Positions 10,301 through 23,181 of a stretch of DNA of 64,000 nucleotides are shown piece after piece. Under the pieces are notes generated by a model, which did not search any database, had not been told where the DNA came from, and saw only the letters and a list, made by a program, of their open reading frames with translations. Position 1 is the stretch's first letter, and each line of letters begins with the position of its first letter. The translations under genes were made by a program, and so were the position numbers. This DNA is from Peribolospora baueri (Eukaryota). Where the stretch lies: assembly GCA_029717555.1 (NCBI GenBank), contig JAMDHS010000054.1, positions 1 through 64,000 on the forward strand, written 5' to 3'.

Positions 10301-12838
10301 TGATGATTTTTGAAACCAAAAGTCCCAGGTCAAAGGAAACAGGCCCTGTCTCGCGTATAAGCCAGACTCCGCTCACGATCAAGTGTCCCTCGTCGAGAAC
10401 GACTCTCCTCCACGGCACCTTCATCAAAGCTTTCCTGGCAGGTCTGGAGGCACTCTTCCTTTTTCCCTTCGGCAACGTTTTCGCGCCTTTCACCGGCGAC
10501 CCTTGAAGATGGTCGAGTTCGTCAGGGTATTCCTGTGCGACAGTTTGATACGTCTGTTGGGTCTCCAGACACGGCTACTGCATCAGCCAGGCTACTTTTC
10601 GCACTGAGATGGGTTCCATACATTTTGGTAGCGAAAACTCACGGTGATAACTAGGTCATACAGTTGAAGGTCTTCCTCGCTGACGTCGTTCCTGCTCCCG
10701 CCGTGGTACACGTAGTACCTCAGCTGGCCCTGGGCGACGTGCTGTTCGATCTGTGATTCCCAGTCTGTGTGGACGAGCAGAGAGGAAATCTTTAACGCAA
10801 ACACTCGCATTTACACTCTAATTGATAGAGCTCTCACTGTAAATGAGACTTAGAGGGACGACAATGAGAGTCGTTTTGGCGAAGCGGCTGTCGACAGGTT
10901 CTTGCCTTTGGGTCACAGCGGCACCTGCAGCGTCCGAGAGGATGAGTGCCAGCACCTGAATCGTCTTTCCAAGACCCATGGTGTCGGAGAGCAGACCGCC
11001 TACGCAAAAAGAGGCGAATTAGTAAAACACCGACCATCGACACGGGGCGAGAAGGACTCGGAAAATGTGTGCATTCCACTACGGACCTCGAATGAGCCTT
11101 GGAGCCTCCCTTGTGGGCTGCTTCGTCGCCACGTTCTGATAGACCGCATCTGTTCCGCCTTGACCGCCTGCTCTGATCGCCCGCCAGAGTTGCACTGGAG
11201 GATCCTCCGGCCGGATCGGCAGGATGGGGTGTTCGGCATTGGTCATCCACGCGAGCTGTGATGAGCAGAAGTGTGTGACGTTGAGTGGTCTTTGAGTGAC
11301 TACCTGATGCGGTCGATGGAGTGTACTCACTCCCTGAGACTGCAGACCACGTACACAAATTGGAACAAACGATAGGAAGCCCGTAGGTCAGCATTCGTAA
11401 AGTTCTGTTGTACCAGTTGGGCGAGTCCAGCAAACGGCGCGCACCTGATGAGGCAACAGCTCTACGGTCAGTTGGCCGCTAGCTTTTCCAGGAGGGTTGG
11501 GATGCTTGGGAAGAAGGGCGACGTCCACATCCTTGTCGGCGTCGAACAATTGGCCCAAAGCATCTTCGCCATTCTTCTTTTCCGTGGCCTTGAGCGCATT
11601 GAGAACGGCTTGAAGGTCCTCTACCTCGCGGTCGTTCGGCTGCGACGGTAAAACACCGCCTTCGCTTTTCTTCGAGACCGATGCTGCGCTGACCGATACG
11701 GCGCCTCGAGGCCGGCGGCTGGGAAGACAAATGAAGAGAAGTTCGGGTTGGGTGCAACGTATTCGATAATGTTCTCTGTCTCTCGCCGCCTCACCTGTCT
11801 GTGACGCCGGGCTGGTTGAACCCGCGCTGGCCAGGCGTAGCCCAGACCAAGATATCCCTCAGAGGACCCAGGGCGACGGCGGCGCCGAATATGTCCACAT
11901 CGATCTGAAGCGTGAACGTGTGGTGTCCTTCCATATTCCCCTCCACCATTATTCCTTCCGCGACCACGATGCCTCTGTCTATGAGAGGGGCCAGCCGCGC
12001 GGCCACTTCCCTGGGCATGTGGCCAATCTGCTCGCCCGAGAAATTGTCCACGCGGATAGCATTGGCGTCATAAGGGTTCGCAGGTTGGCGTGTAAGCCTG
12101 GCAACACCGAATAGGGAAGTAAGAGAGTAGAAAGCAGAGCTTGAGTTCGTTGACCGAGCATGCATGCGCATTGATTCGCGCACATGCAGTAAGGCGGAGA
12201 AATGGACGTCGCTCCCTTACGCTACAGCCTCGCCTGCGTCTACCAAGCCATGGTAGTGGCGCACGCCCACCACCTGTGTCTTCAGCGTGACGATCTTGAT
12301 AAACGGCTCGTCTTCTACCTCCTCTTCGCCCAGAGTTTGGTCTGAGACGCCGTCGTCAATCGATATGGGCGCGGCGCGGGACCCAGAGCCGGCCTGCGAT
12401 GCGACGCCAAACGCACGCTTACGCTTAGAGGATAGCCTGGGCGTCTGGGGGTCACGACAGAGAATATGCATCCAAGCAGTCTCAATGATCGCCCGTCCTT
12501 GCTTGCCGGGGAAACACCTGCTCTAGAGCACGAAACCAGAGCCGATTACATCCGCCAGAGTGGAATGTTCTCACATTCGGACCTGCTGCAACTTCTGAAG
12601 TGCCGGCATCGCTATCATCGTTCACAACAATAGGTTGACGAGGACTCTGAGCGAGGGCGAGCAAAGGGGGCAATAAGATGTTTCATCCTTGTTTTTTTGA
12701 AGGACCACGTCGGCCTCCCGTGATCTGATCGAAGCTGAAAGATCCTATGTGGCACCACGGACTCACCCCACCGCCGAAGCGTTCAGATGAGCGAGCGTTG
12801 GCGCCAGGGGCGCGGCCCGCTCCGTCTTCGATGCCCAT
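7375..12838 (-). CDS. RAD5/HLTF-like SNF2 helicase and E3 ligase (HIRAN + SNF2 + RING + helicase C), many exons
   Basis: HIRAN (VVGVRHY, RQPANPYDANAIRV, IGHMPREVAARLAPL); GGLLSDTMGLGKT; VVLDEGH; RING CPIC..CAHTFCRACI..CPMDR; GALGLNLTAASQVFLMDPWW; EDTIEEKVL. Start and stop exons inferred by eye. Confidence 0.88.
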
Positions 12839-13365
12839 CTTAGTGGGCCACGATGGACACGTTTCGTTCCAGGCAAGCAGAACTGCGTGGGTTCGGTCTC
12901 ATTTTTCGCTCAGCAGTCGTCGTCAGTAGGCCGTCGTCGATCGACTCGGCCGCAGCGGACCCCGACCCGACGCTCGCGTTCTTCGATCTCGTTTCGCTGA
13001 TCGAACTTCGAATCCGTCCTGCGAGTCTGGAAACGCTTGATGACTTTCAGCAGAGTCTCGTTGACCTCAACAAGGCGACATCGTTGTCCTCCGGGTACTC
13101 TGAGTGGAAGAGGTTCATATACTGCATTCAGAGTCAGAACAGAGGGCACGATCTTCGCCTTTCTGTTCTGTCCAGGCTCGCCTGCTTCTACGCCAATCTC
13201 TCTATCCCACTTCGGCCTCTATTCTTGCCCTAGCCTGTATGGTCATGACGTTTCCTATTCATGCCAGAATGTGTGCGGGCTGTCCACACCGTCCGCCATC
13301 GGCGCTGATATCGTACACGCGATTCTCCTCCACCCCATAGGCATGTCAGCGAGCCTCGCCTTTCC

Positions 13366-14077
13366 CTATGACTCCGAAGCCGGCGCAGCCGAGTTCTCTG
13401 CTGCTTCTGGCGCAGTCGATGGTCTCATCGAAGTGGCCTCCGGATGGTTCGTGAGCTGTAAGAGCTCGTTGACGATGGCCGTGTTATCCTTCCTCGTCAT
13501 TACGAGCGTTTGGGAGGGACCATCATCTGATGAATGGGGGAGGGGGGCCATCGAAAAGCGACAACCGAAAAAGCGGAACGGATGTGAATTCCACCTATGA
13601 CAAGACGTGCATGACCAAGTTGATGGGCCAACGGCCAAAACTTTTTTTCTAACTCACGGAAGTCAACAACGAGCTTGGGCTCAAACCGGGCCATTTCACT
13701 TCTTCGATCCACCTTGATCGCAAGGGAAGGGTTGGCGTACGCGAGGCGGGGTAAGTTTTGTTTGATGAAGTACCTGAAGTGGAATACGTGGAAGAAGCAA
13801 CGGAGAACCGAGGTCAGATGGGACAAAGCCTAGGCACGCTTTTAATTCTTTTGTTCGGAAAACTTCGTCGGCTCTCCACAGATGGCTTTGGAGCTCGCCT
13901 CGGCTATCCGTCGGCTCTCCACCAAAACTTCTCAACCCACCTCGCCCCCATGTGCGTGTTCCGCGCGGCCAGCTCGACGGTGAGGCTTTTCACCCGAGGC
14001 GGCAACGGCGTTGCGCCAGGGCCGTGGGTGAGCGAGTGGAGGACCACCGCGAGTGCCGAGGGCTTTTTGGGAGTCAT
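13366..14077 (-). CDS. MRP49: Mitochondrial ribosomal protein, L51/S25/CI-B8 family (Mrp49-like)
   Basis: GPGATPLPPRVKSLTVELAARNTHMGAR|YFIKQNLPRLAYANPSLAIKV, three exons. Confidence 0.75.
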
Positions 14078-14377
14078 TTTGCTAGCTGGTCAGAAACAAG
14101 TAGACTTCTCGTTCCCGGTCAAGTCGTTCGATGTTGCCACGCGTGGGAACCAACCTGCTGCGGCTGTCCCTGGTCCTGCCGACGAAGCGGTCTCATGCGG
14201 GCCGGAAGGCACAGAACGCGGGCAACTGTCACACGCTGCTGTCGTCAGGCCCCACTACCACTCCCTTGCCTAGCAAGGTCTCTCGCCGTCTTCTTCGGGC
14301 AAGTGCGTCTCGAACGTACCCGAGCGCTGCTTGCGCTGCTTGCACTGCCTTTTGCTTCTCCGCTTCTTTCGCACGAC

Positions 14378-17300
14378 ATGAGCGCGAGACACGGCGGCGC
14401 GGACGACCAGGCTGGAGGGGTGCCTGGGGCGCCTTCGACCTCGACGTTCTCCTCAGTCATCTCGTCCACCAAAGCCTATCTCCACCCATTTGCATCGGCG
14501 GCCGCGTCCTCCGCTTCCGCTGCTCCCACTCAACATACGGAACACCATCGCGTCCTCTCCGATCTCGCTCCGCACATCATGCGCCCGCGTATACTCAACG
14601 CCGCCGCCAACGCGTCCGGCTCGGTCGCGTCCGCCGCCAGCTCGAGCCAACTCACCCTTCGTGGCTCAAGGGTCAACGCTATGAGCCGCTACTCGCCCCT
14701 CTCCAATCCCGCTCGCAGCCTGATCCGATATACCGTTACCGGAAACTCGGGCCCGACGAGTAGCACGGACCTGCGCATCCTCGAAATGACCGACGAGATT
14801 CTCGCCTCGGACTTGCCTGACCCGATCGGCATCGCAGACGAGGTTTCTCTCTTCCGGGGCTTTCAGGCCACCATGCCTTCCGCGCTCGATCATCGCTCGA
14901 AGCGGCGCAAGGCGAGGGGTAGGGACGAGCCGCATCTGGGCCTCAAGACGCTTGGTATGCAAGCAAGGGGCCTTTTGACTGAGACCGGTGAGCAGCAGGA
15001 TGATTCCGGTCCTCCCGAATCCGTAGCGAACAAGGCAAGGAGACGAAAGAGGAGGGAGAGCAAAGGCGTGGGTGGTGGGCTCGAATCGAAGCTTAGTCCA
15101 GAGGAGCTCAAGGAGCAAGTGGATGAGATCAGGACGGATAAGGAAAACCTCAACGTTCGGAGGGTGAGTATGGCCATTGATCGTCCCGAGGCGTTTCAAT
15201 GAAAACTCTTGCTCAGCTCTAGCTTGTTTCTATTCCCAGGTGCTCGTCAACGCCGAGATCGCGGAGGTGGACAACAAAATTGCCCAGCTGGAAGCGATAC
15301 GCGAAGGTCTTCGACAGAGCTTGCTTGGTTTGCACGAGGAGGAGCTGGAGCTGAACGATGAACGTGAGTGCTATAGGGAGATGCTGCACGTACTTACCCA
15401 GTTTAGCTCTGTGCTCAGTAGTCTACCTTTATACCTTCTAATGCTCTTTCATTTAGTGGAAGGCGTAAGCGAGATTTTGACGCTTCAGCGAGACCGACGA
15501 GCTATGCCGGGTGCATCGTCCCAGTCGGCCGCAAGATCTTCACGGCGACGGAAGGGTGAGCTCGTCATCCTTCATGAAGCCAGACTTTCATTTGGCCATC
15601 GTCTTACACCCGGTCTTCACTCACTGCGAACCACCTAGGTCCAGCTTTCTTGCCGTCTGAACATGACGACTTGCCGTCGGGGGTCGCCTTCATGGTGTGT
15701 TAAATTCCGCAGGGTTTATCTTGGTCGAAGCTCAGCTGATAAGGCTTTTGCCCGGCTCGTTTCCCAGACGCTGGCCAACCACTCTGCCCCAATCACCGCT
15801 CTCGACCTCTCCGAGCCGTATGGCACTCTCGTCTCCGCTTCGCTGGACGAGTCAGTGCGCGTCTGGGATCTGTCAACAGGCGACGTAGTAGGCCGGCTAC
15901 GAGGTCACCGCGGTGCGGTTAAGTGCCTGCAGGTGGAAGACGAACTGACGATCACCGGCTCGACGGACAGTACTGTACGCCTCTGGGACCTTCGACGGGT
16001 GGAGGACTACGAGAACAGTCTAGCCGTTGCGGCTAAGAATGGGATTGGAGAGGATGAGCTGGCGGCTAGGATGGCTGCTGCCAATATTGAAGGTGCGGCT
16101 GCAGACCCTGGTGAGGGAAGCGCCAACGACTCGGGCTCCGCCATTAGGAACAGCTCGTTCACCAAGGAGGATCAGAGGGGAGATCCGTGTCTGCGCACAC
16201 TCGAGGGTCATTCCAAGGCCGTGACGTGCTTGTACTTTGATGATAGCTGCCTGGTATGTTCTCGCTCCTTCGCCATGCGTCCGCGTTGCAAGGACGTCAC
16301 CTGACTTCTGCCGCCATACCCGTCCATCTGCACAGGTGACGGGCGCCTCAGACAAGACGCTCCGCCAATGGGACCTCAACACAGGCCAATGTATTCTCAC
16401 GATGGACATCCTTTGGGCCATCTCCAACCCTTCCTCCTCCCAAGCTCTCTCTGCCACCTCAGCCGGCGGCTGGGACGACTTAGCCCCATCCACATCTCCA
16501 GGCCGTCGCTCCGCTCGAAGCTCCCTTGGCTACGACGCCACGGGCTTAGGAAGCAGCGTCAATTTTGCCGGCACGTTCTCCCACCCCACCCCGCCCTACG
16601 CAGACGGCAGTTGGGAGATGTACCAGGATTTCGTGGGCGGCGTGCAGTTCTGGGGGTATGCACTTGCGAGCGGCAGCGGGGATGGCGGCGTGCGCATGTG
16701 GGACAGTGAGTGATCCTCTCCTTCGTCTCATTCCGCGAGGCTTTCAACCCATGACAGCGTGACGCTGAACTCGGCCGCTTGATTCTCTGTTTCAAAGTGC
16801 GAACCGGCCAAGCCCACCGAACGCTCCTCGGCCACACAGCGCCCGTTACGTGCCTCCAGTTTGACGAGACGTACGTCATCTCTGGGAGCTTGGACAAGTC
16901 TATTCGGGTGAGTCGACAGCGGTTCAGTAAACGTGTGCCCGTGACCGCCAGCGCTGCCTTCTGTGACCCATGCCATTCGCTGACGTCCGTCCTCCCCTTC
17001 CTTGGCTGATTTTGCAACCGACAGATATGGGACCTTCGCACGGGAGCTATCGCCGACTCAATCAAGTACGACTACCCGGTCACGGCCCTTCAGTTTGACA
17101 CGCGGAAGATCGTTGCTGCTACGGGAGAGAATGGGATCAAGGTGGGTCTTCGTGCTTGTCAGCGCCCGGCCCGTTACCGTCGATTTGCTCTTCGCTCCTG
17201 GCCGTTGTTTAACATGATTGTCAGACGCCTGAATTTGGGCGAGGGCGAAGTCGGGCCGGACAGCCTAGTGGCGAGAATGCGAAAAGCGTGTATCCGGGGG

Positions 17301-17972
17301 CGCAGCAGGAAGCGCAAACGCTCGATAGAGATTTGCTTCTATTCGAAAGTCTGGGCCACTCAATCCTAGCCCTTTCGCCAGTTGGACATGGTCGCTCCAC
17401 TGACGCTGGCTGTTGCCGCAGTATGTCGTCGAACCGCCGAGCTGATCATTTTCCTTTTTTTTCCGGCCACTCGCTTGTCAACCTTCTCCATTCACTCACA
17501 ATACGATAGGTGAGTTCCGTGAAGCCAACCTCTGTCACGTCATCGAGGAGCGAGCGAGGTGGTACACGAGCGGAGCGACGATTCAGCATCTTTGTTATGT
17601 GCAATCTGAGCATGCTTCGGCCTGAGAAACCGACATGCGCACGACGAAAATCTGTATTGTTTTAACCCCATCTGACCGCTTTCCAATGATGGATGTCTCG
17701 CTCGCTCTGGAGAGACTTCTCCTGGTCGGTTGACCGCTCGCAAATGAGGTTCGGCTCGTTGACCCTTTCTTCCTTTTTTTCACGCTTCCCTCTACTCGTT
17801 ATTTTTCTCCCGAACCCTCCGACGCCGAAACAAGATCTACAATCGCACAACCCTCCAGCACACCTCACTCACTGTCAACGGCCACACGAGCCCCGCCGAA
17901 AGGTTACGGTACGCGGACAGTTACCTCGTCAGTGGGGGGAGGGATAATACGGTCAAGGTATGGGCGTTGTGA
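14378..17972 (+). CDS. MDV1: Mitochondrial fission adaptor (coiled coil + WD40), Mdv1/Caf4
   Basis: VSLFRGFQAT; coiled coil; TLANHSAPITALDLSEPYGTLVSASLDESVRVWDL; VTGASDKTLRQWDLNTGQC; last exon IYNRTT...DNTVKVWAL*. Confidence 0.88.
17569..17680 (+). ncRNA. Candidate intronic box C/D snoRNA with variant C boxes
   Basis: Terminal stem AGCGG/CCGCT; C-like GCGACGA 17575; D' CTGA 17606; internal stem GCATG/CATGC; C'-like ACGACGA 17641; D CTGA 17672; outer inverted repeat 17548-17558/17697-17707. Confidence 0.65.
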
Positions 17973-18550
17973 GTCTTGTTGGTCGTCGGGGGGATGGATG
18001 CATGAAGGAAGGGACGGCTGGGTCGGTGCGCATTACTTTGGCCAGCGGATAGAACTTGGTCGTGTAGAGTCGGTCGCTCGACCGGCCGAGTGTCCATCAG
18101 ACAGGCGGAAGGTAGGGAGAAAGACGGCAGAGCTCGTGGGAGGCACCTCGGCCCATGCTCCTTCGTCCGGTGTTCGTGCTCTCGCGGCCGCAGAGCGGCT
18201 TTGTGGCTCGGACTGAGATGGATGAGAGGAAAGCATATATACTGTGTCTGCAAGCAAACGAGTTTTCGTGGGTCCCACTTCGCTGCGCGTGAAGCTGTCA
18301 CGTCTCAACCGCGCGTCGGTATCAGATTGAACGACGAAAGCCCGCTCGCAGGATTTAGCACGGTCGAACTCTCATGGATACATGCAGATTGTGATGTAGA
18401 GATGGAGCAAGAAGGCAGGTGGCGTGGGAGACAAGAGAAAGTGCGACCGATGAAGGATGGATGATAAAGTGAAGAGGGCGAGAGAAAATGACCGAGCTGG
18501 GACGCAACTGGACTGGCGCACAGCCAACCGTCTCGACTTTTCTCTAACTT

Positions 18551-20108
18551 TCAATGACGCCCGGTCGACTCCACGTTGTACGTCCCCTTCTCTGAGCCCA
18601 CCTCCCGGACCGTCCATCCGGCGAACGTGACCATGAGCCCTACGGCGAAAACTAGTAGAGCAAGGTCCGTCAGCATGGAGCTGGCGAGAGACCAGTAGCG
18701 CGCGAGGGTTTGGAGCAAGATTCGGAGGGTGGGGAAGGGGAGGTAGGCGGAGAAGGCGTATAGGGTTGAGGACGGTGGTGGGCGGTTCTGGCGGGTGGCA
18801 AAAGAAAAAAACGGTTGAGTTACATAGTATGGAGAAAGGGAGCTAGAGTAGGATTTGAGGCGAGTGGGCTGAAAGAGCACGTGTGAGCATTGGTTCGCTC
18901 GGCTCACCTTGAACAGGAGCAGCCGGGTCGTTTGCAAGACAAGCTCTATGGTAACGAAAATCCAAAAGATGGGGATCTGGAGAAGAAACGATGGGAAGGA
19001 GATGGAACACGCACGCAGCGCTATTTAGTCGACCGGGCAGTCCGATCGAAGCGAGCCGTCGGTAACCTCGTGAAGAACGGGGCCCCCAAGTCATCCGAAC
19101 GCTCACCGAATCGACGCTCGAGGCGCCGCCAACCCCAAACACCTCGTCGGGATGCGGCTTCTGCCATCCGAGGGAGGCCCATCGCTCCATTGCACCCATG
19201 CTCCTTCCGGCTCCCGCTGCCTGTACGCCTTCAAACGCGTCCTCTGTCTTCTCTGGCGGAGGTGCCCCATTGACCCCGGCACCGGACTGACTTCGCCATC
19301 CGACAACGACAAAGACCGCGAGGCCGAGCATGGCGAGAAAGTGAAGTAGATCAAACAGCTTGTCGGCAAACGTTTTCTTAGATGATTGACGGGCTACGTC
19401 TGGAGGAACCATTCCGGGCCCAGGTCCTGCGCCCTGTTGGCCTTGCATTTGAGCGAGGAAAGAGGCAAAGTCCGGCATGCCTTGCGCGCCACCCGGTCCC
19501 TGAGCTGCACCTGCGCCTGCGCCAGGATGCACACCTAGAAGAGCTTGAAGAGGGTTGAACTCTCCCATATTCCCACTCCCGCCGCCGCCGCCGCCGCCAA
19601 ACGTGTTCCTCCACATCTCCGCCTGCAATGACGCCAATTCCTCTTCCCTCTTGCCTCCCGCGCCGCCCGCAACCGAAGAAGAGGAGGGTGAAAAGTGTGA
19701 AATGTCCACTTCTTCCGGATCCGCATGCTCCGCCCGAGCTGCTGGCCTTTGTCGAGCGTTTCGCGCTCCAAGGTCGTCCTCATCCTCCTCCTCGCCGGTG
19801 AAAGTAGCGGTGCTGAGCTTGGGCGTGCTCGTACCTCCCGCACCAGCGGAGAGAGAGGGTGAAGGCGCAGCAGCGGCCGCGGGGGGAGGTGAGGCGTATA
19901 ACTTGCTCCCCTCCTCGCCCCTCCCCGTCTGCGTAATCCGAGCCAGCCGGTCCGAGCCCCGAGCGAGGATCTTGGCCTTGCGAGCTTCGCGCTTCAGGCG
20001 GGCTGCTTCGGCTGGCGATGGCGGGGCGAGAGACGGAGATGGAGAGGGGGAGGGGGAGGAATGCGGTGGCAGGGTCGAGGTTGTTGGGTCGGGCGTCGGT
20101 TCTGCCAT
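18551..20108 (-). CDS. GET2: GET complex subunit Get2/CAML-like
   Basis: N-terminal RLKREARKAKILARGSDRLARIT motif; C-terminal TM segments. Confidence 0.75.
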
Positions 20109-20461
20109 GGTCGTCTTCGAGGCTTCTCGAGGCTCGTGTTGGAGAATGGAAGAAGCGATCGCTCGTCGTCATCGGTGACGTTTGCCGCAGCCGATTCTCC
20201 CCGTCTCTGTCCGCTGGCACGTGCAGTCGGAATGGAGACTGCGACGCTTCGACGGTTGCGGACGACAAGGAGACAGAACAGAACAGAACGGTGGATGCTC
20301 AACTCCTTACTGTAACGTTTCTCGGGTCGACTCGGCTCACCTTAGCTCGGCGCTCACCTCCTCCGGCCCTCGCCCTGCCCGGTCCGAGTCGCTTCCAGGT
20401 CTTCCACTCTCGCTTCCCTCATGCCCCCGCTCATCGTCTAAACGGCCACTGCTATCAGGCC

Positions 20462-23181
20462 ATGACGTCCTCGACAGCCCTCACGTTGCCTTTGACGGCC
20501 CAATCCTATCCACCACCACCTACCTCCTCGGGGTCTGGATCCGGCTTGGACGCGAGTGCGGTGACGGTGACGGCGACAGCAGGCACAGACGCATCCTCTT
20601 CCACCGGTGCTGCAGGCTCTGCGTCTGGCACCCTTCTGCACAACCAGCCGGCGGCGACCCCGGCGCATGCCGAGGAGGGGCACAGAGCGCAAGACGCACG
20701 TTGGGCGCCCAAGACGGACTCCCCCTCCAGCAGATCCGGAGAGGACGCGACGGACCTCGAGGACTTGGAGGTATATGCGCTCGATCATGTCGGGCGCGTT
20801 CGAGACAGTTCTGGTGCGGGTGGGCCATGGGACTCAAGGAATGGGAAGACAAGGAGAGGGCGAGTGTCAGGGAACGCGCTACGAGACGAAGAGGAAGAAG
20901 ATGACTACGGCGAAGAAGAGGACGGAGAAACGAGGGGCATACCACCTACGAACGAGCAGATGAGACAGAGATATTGGAAAAGGGGCTTAGTCAACACGCT
21001 TCTCGTTGCCTCTTGGTGAGATAACCCTCCTTCCGCTTTTTGTCCGGTGCTCTGATAGTAGCTCGAGCTGATTTCAGTTGTTCGCCCTTCGACTGCCCAT
21101 TATTGCCCTTGCTTGATCTCGTAAAGGTACTTATGGTCAACTTGTGAGCGTTTCGTCTTCCTCGTTCACACGATCTCGGCTCTCGCTGCGTCTAACGCGC
21201 CAATTTCCTCACCTCTCCTTCGTCGCTCCGATCAAAGGCATCTCCGTCTACAACAAGTTCCTCTTTTCTAGAGACCAGTACAACTTCAAATACCCTCTCT
21301 TCGTCACCTCTCTACATATGTTCGTCCAGTTCGCCCTCTCCTCTCTCGCTTTGCGCCTCTTTCCAAGATGGAAGCCTGCAAATAACCCTAGTAGGAGAGA
21401 TTGGCTGTGAGTCGAGAGACCCTCCGGTTCTCGAAGATCCAGTGATTGAAACTTGACATTGACCTTTGCTTGTCCAACGTACTGGAATTTGTGCACTCGT
21501 TCCTTTGTAGGTTCAAGGTTGTCCCTTGCGCCGTCGCGACCAGTCTAGACATCGGACTGAGCAACCTTTCCCTCAAAACGATCACCCTCTCTTTCTACAG
21601 TGAGTTCGCTCAGACCTTTGTATCTAGGTTTTCGCCCATCTATGGTTTTGGTTTCCCCGGATCGATCGTTTTCTAACCTCTGTTTTTCTAACCCCTCCCT
21701 CCCCGCACTTAGCGATGTGCAAATCCTCCTCTCTCGCCTTTGTTCTCCTTTTTGCGTTCATCTTCCGCCTCGAACGACCTCGTCTCTCCCTCGTAGCCAT
21801 TATTGCGGTCATTACAATCGGTGTCATCCTCATGGTGTCCACGGAGACCAAGTTCTCTCTCGCTGGAGCCATCGAAGTGCTGTCCGCTTCGGCCATGGGA
21901 GGTCTTCGATGGTCGCTCACGCAGATGTTCCTCCATCGAGAGTCAATGGGCATGAACAACCCTCTCGCAACCGTCTTCTGGCTTTCTCCCATCATGGCCG
22001 TCGTCCTCTCCTCCATTTCCCTCATCTTCGAAGGCTGGGGTGAACTCTTCGGCTCGGAACACTTTTCTACCCTCCCCCAAACCCTCAAAACTCTCGGCCT
22101 GGTCATCTTCCCAGGCGCGATGGCATTCGCCATGCAGCTGTCCGAGTTCGGTCTCATCAGCCGCACCTCGGTCGTGACTTTGAGCGTGTTCGGTATCTTC
22201 AAGGAGGTCGGTACCATCGTCGTCGCTAGCCTAGTCTTCGGGGATGAGTTGCATGTCGTCAATGGCATCGGTCTCGGTATTACCCTGCTCGGTATCGCCT
22301 CTTATAACTACCTCAAGTATCGCATTCTCACCTCTGCCGATGCCGCTGCTGCCGTGCAAGCAAAAGATGCGTATGTGCACCACCGCCTTGCGATGGAGGA
22401 AGAGGAGGGAGAGGAGGAAGAGGCGAACGATGGACTCGGTGAAGGCGAGCGCCGGAGCAGCGACAAAGAGAGAGAGGGATTTGGCGATGGTCAGAGCGAA
22501 GGTTCGGGGATCGGATTGTACAACCTGGTGAGTCGATGCCCCTTCAGTGTCATTAAGGTCGGGAAGGTTTTGATCCTCTCTTGACCGTGAATGCCGGACG
22601 TGTCCGACGTTTTCGCTTGCGCTCACCCCGGTTTTTGATATCGTTCTCCTACTGCCCTTTTCTCTCAGGCTGTCGAATCGACGCCGTTCCTGTCCCTCTA
22701 CGCGGCGTCACCGATCCCGCGGCATCCCGACCGGCCCCCGCTAGACCCTCTCAATGCAGCTGGAAGAGCACTCTCCTCACCCGGCGTCCCGAGGAAGAGC
22801 GCCTCCTTGCGAAGGGCGTCGTCTCAGCAGCAAGGATGGAGGTCGTCGTCGGGTCGCGACGCAAACGCGGACATCGCCATGGGCCGAATGGGCGGCTTCG
22901 AGAATCGTGCTGAGGCCTCGTCGGCACAAGGGAGGGAGCGATGGGCGGCGATGGGTCGCAACGAGGCGCTGTTCGACCTAGGAGAGGAGGAAGAGAACCA
23001 GCAGCAACACAACGGCGGCAGCTCCCGCGCCCCTGTCAACTCTCGATCGAGGACGGAAGAAGAGGCGAACATGGACGGGTGGAATCATAGCGGGTTCGAG
23101 AGCACCGGCGGCGGTGTCGTGTTTGAAGAGGACGACGAGAATGGGGCCGGGGAGGACGAATCGCTGGTGGAACGACGATGA
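20462..23181 (+). CDS. Triose-phosphate/nucleotide-sugar transporter family (SLC35C2-like)
   Basis: ISVYNKFLF..FKYPLFVTSLHMFVQF; ATSLDIGLSNLSLKTITLSFY; MCKSSSLAFVLLFAFIFRLE; TLSVFGIFKE. Confidence 0.85.

Noticed and set aside
12853..13233. 126-aa plus-strand ORF
   Set aside because: Starts 15 nt from the inferred helicase start and has no recognisable motif
17142..17834. TPP riboswitch or hammerhead ribozyme in the long intron
   Set aside because: CTGAGA is present but the TGATC..ATAC..AGCG core is missing; no CTGANGA/GAAA hammerhead geometry
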